Source: Catajapyx aquilonaris
Lineage: Eukaryota
DNA length: 20,212 bases
Reading direction: 5' to 3'
NCBI GenBank assembly: GCA_000934665.2
Contig: KZ538332.1
Span: forward strand, 62,001-82,212
Below the pieces are notes generated by a model, which was given only the letters and a program-made list of their open reading frames with translations, was not told the origin of the DNA and searched no databases. The stretch's first letter is position 1, and every line of letters begins with the position of its first letter. Shown piece by piece: positions 19,364 to 20,212 of the stretch. Position numbers and translations under genes: made by a program.

Positions 19364-20212
19364 TCAAGCTTTAGATTCTAACCTACACACCTTGTCTTTA
19401 ACAGTCTCCTTAACATTCCACCTTTGCAAAATCTCCTCATTCCTAATCCTGTCCAACTTAGTAACCCCACAAACAGCCCAGGGATAATGCATCTCTGTAG
19501 CCAGCACCCTACTCTTATGCCTATCTGACCAAACCCATGCTTCACTACCATACATAAGTGAAGGAACAATAACATGAGAATAGACAGACAACCTGCAGGC
19601 AGAGGATAAGTCCTTATTTCTAGAAAACTTACTTGTGGCCATCCATTCTACCATTACTCTCAAGGACACTACCCAGGTATACAAACTGGTGGACCTGCTC
19701 AACCAGTCTTCCTCGTACCTGCAACAGACAAGGAGAAACCTGCTGTCCTCTCTCAAATACCAATACCTTAGTCTTATCTACATTAATCTTCATACCCCTC
19801 TTTTCACAAACATTATCTAACTTGCATAGGATCAACTGTAAATCAGCCTCACTCTCCGCCAGAAGGGCATACAGCAAGTGACAACCTAACTCCTCACCAA
19901 ACTGCACTCCTACATCTTCAATCATTGCTTCCCTTACACATGCATCTAACAATAAGTACAAGTTAAATAATCATGGAGACACGACACAACCCTGCTTTAC
20001 CCCAACACATGTTAAACCAGTCAGAGAAACCCCCACTAAGTTCTAACACAAGCTCTACTCTCTTCATACATTAGCTCTTGCTTCATACAATGACTTTATA
20101 GGCTCCAACAGGCGACCCTTCACTCCATAGAGACTCAGAACTTCCCACAAACCTTCCCTACTTACTGTGTCATATGCTTTCTCTAAGTCTACAAAGGCAA
20201 CAAAAACCTTCT
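19364..20212 (-). mobile_element. RTE-clade LINE reverse transcriptase remnant (continues beyond window)
   Basis: Minus strand: FVAFVDLEKAYDTVSREGLWEVL, GVKQGCVVSP, MKINVDKTKVL, FVYLGS, PSLMYGSEAW, GVTKLDRIRNEEI. Stops and frameshifts. The YADD motif is deleted (HLLYA-LLAES). Confidence 0.92.

Overview
Eukaryotic genomic DNA, most likely from an arthropod or insect with a large, repeat-rich genome (spliceosomal introns, TTAGG-type pentamers, arthropod-type mariner, RTE and SINE families). The only host gene I can support is the 3' part of NOSIP (nitric oxide synthase-interacting protein) on the + strand. Four coding exons (828-1212, 2275-2462, 11856-11964, 12024-12095) splice in frame at GT-AG junctions, and the 5' exons lie upstream of the window. 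Most of the rest is transposable-element derived. The 9.4-kb intron and the 3' flank hold nested Tc1/mariner, pogo/Tigger-like, hAT, P-like and Mutator-like non-autonomous elements, many of them long foldback palindromes. There are also two tRNA-derived SINEs, decayed mariner transposases and an RTE LINE remnant. The most unusual observations are: (i) small TTAGG-bearing inverted-repeat elements sitting only in (CA)n tracts, in tandem and all in one orientation; (ii) a 1.3-kb near-perfect palindrome with a 10-bp TSD and a self-complementary AAT/ATT core; (iii) nests up to four levels deep; (iv) two different SINEs sharing a 3' tail. I see no prokaryotic-type system (CRISPR, operon) and no intact transposase. 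Superfamily calls rest on TIR, TSD and motif logic, not on database searches.
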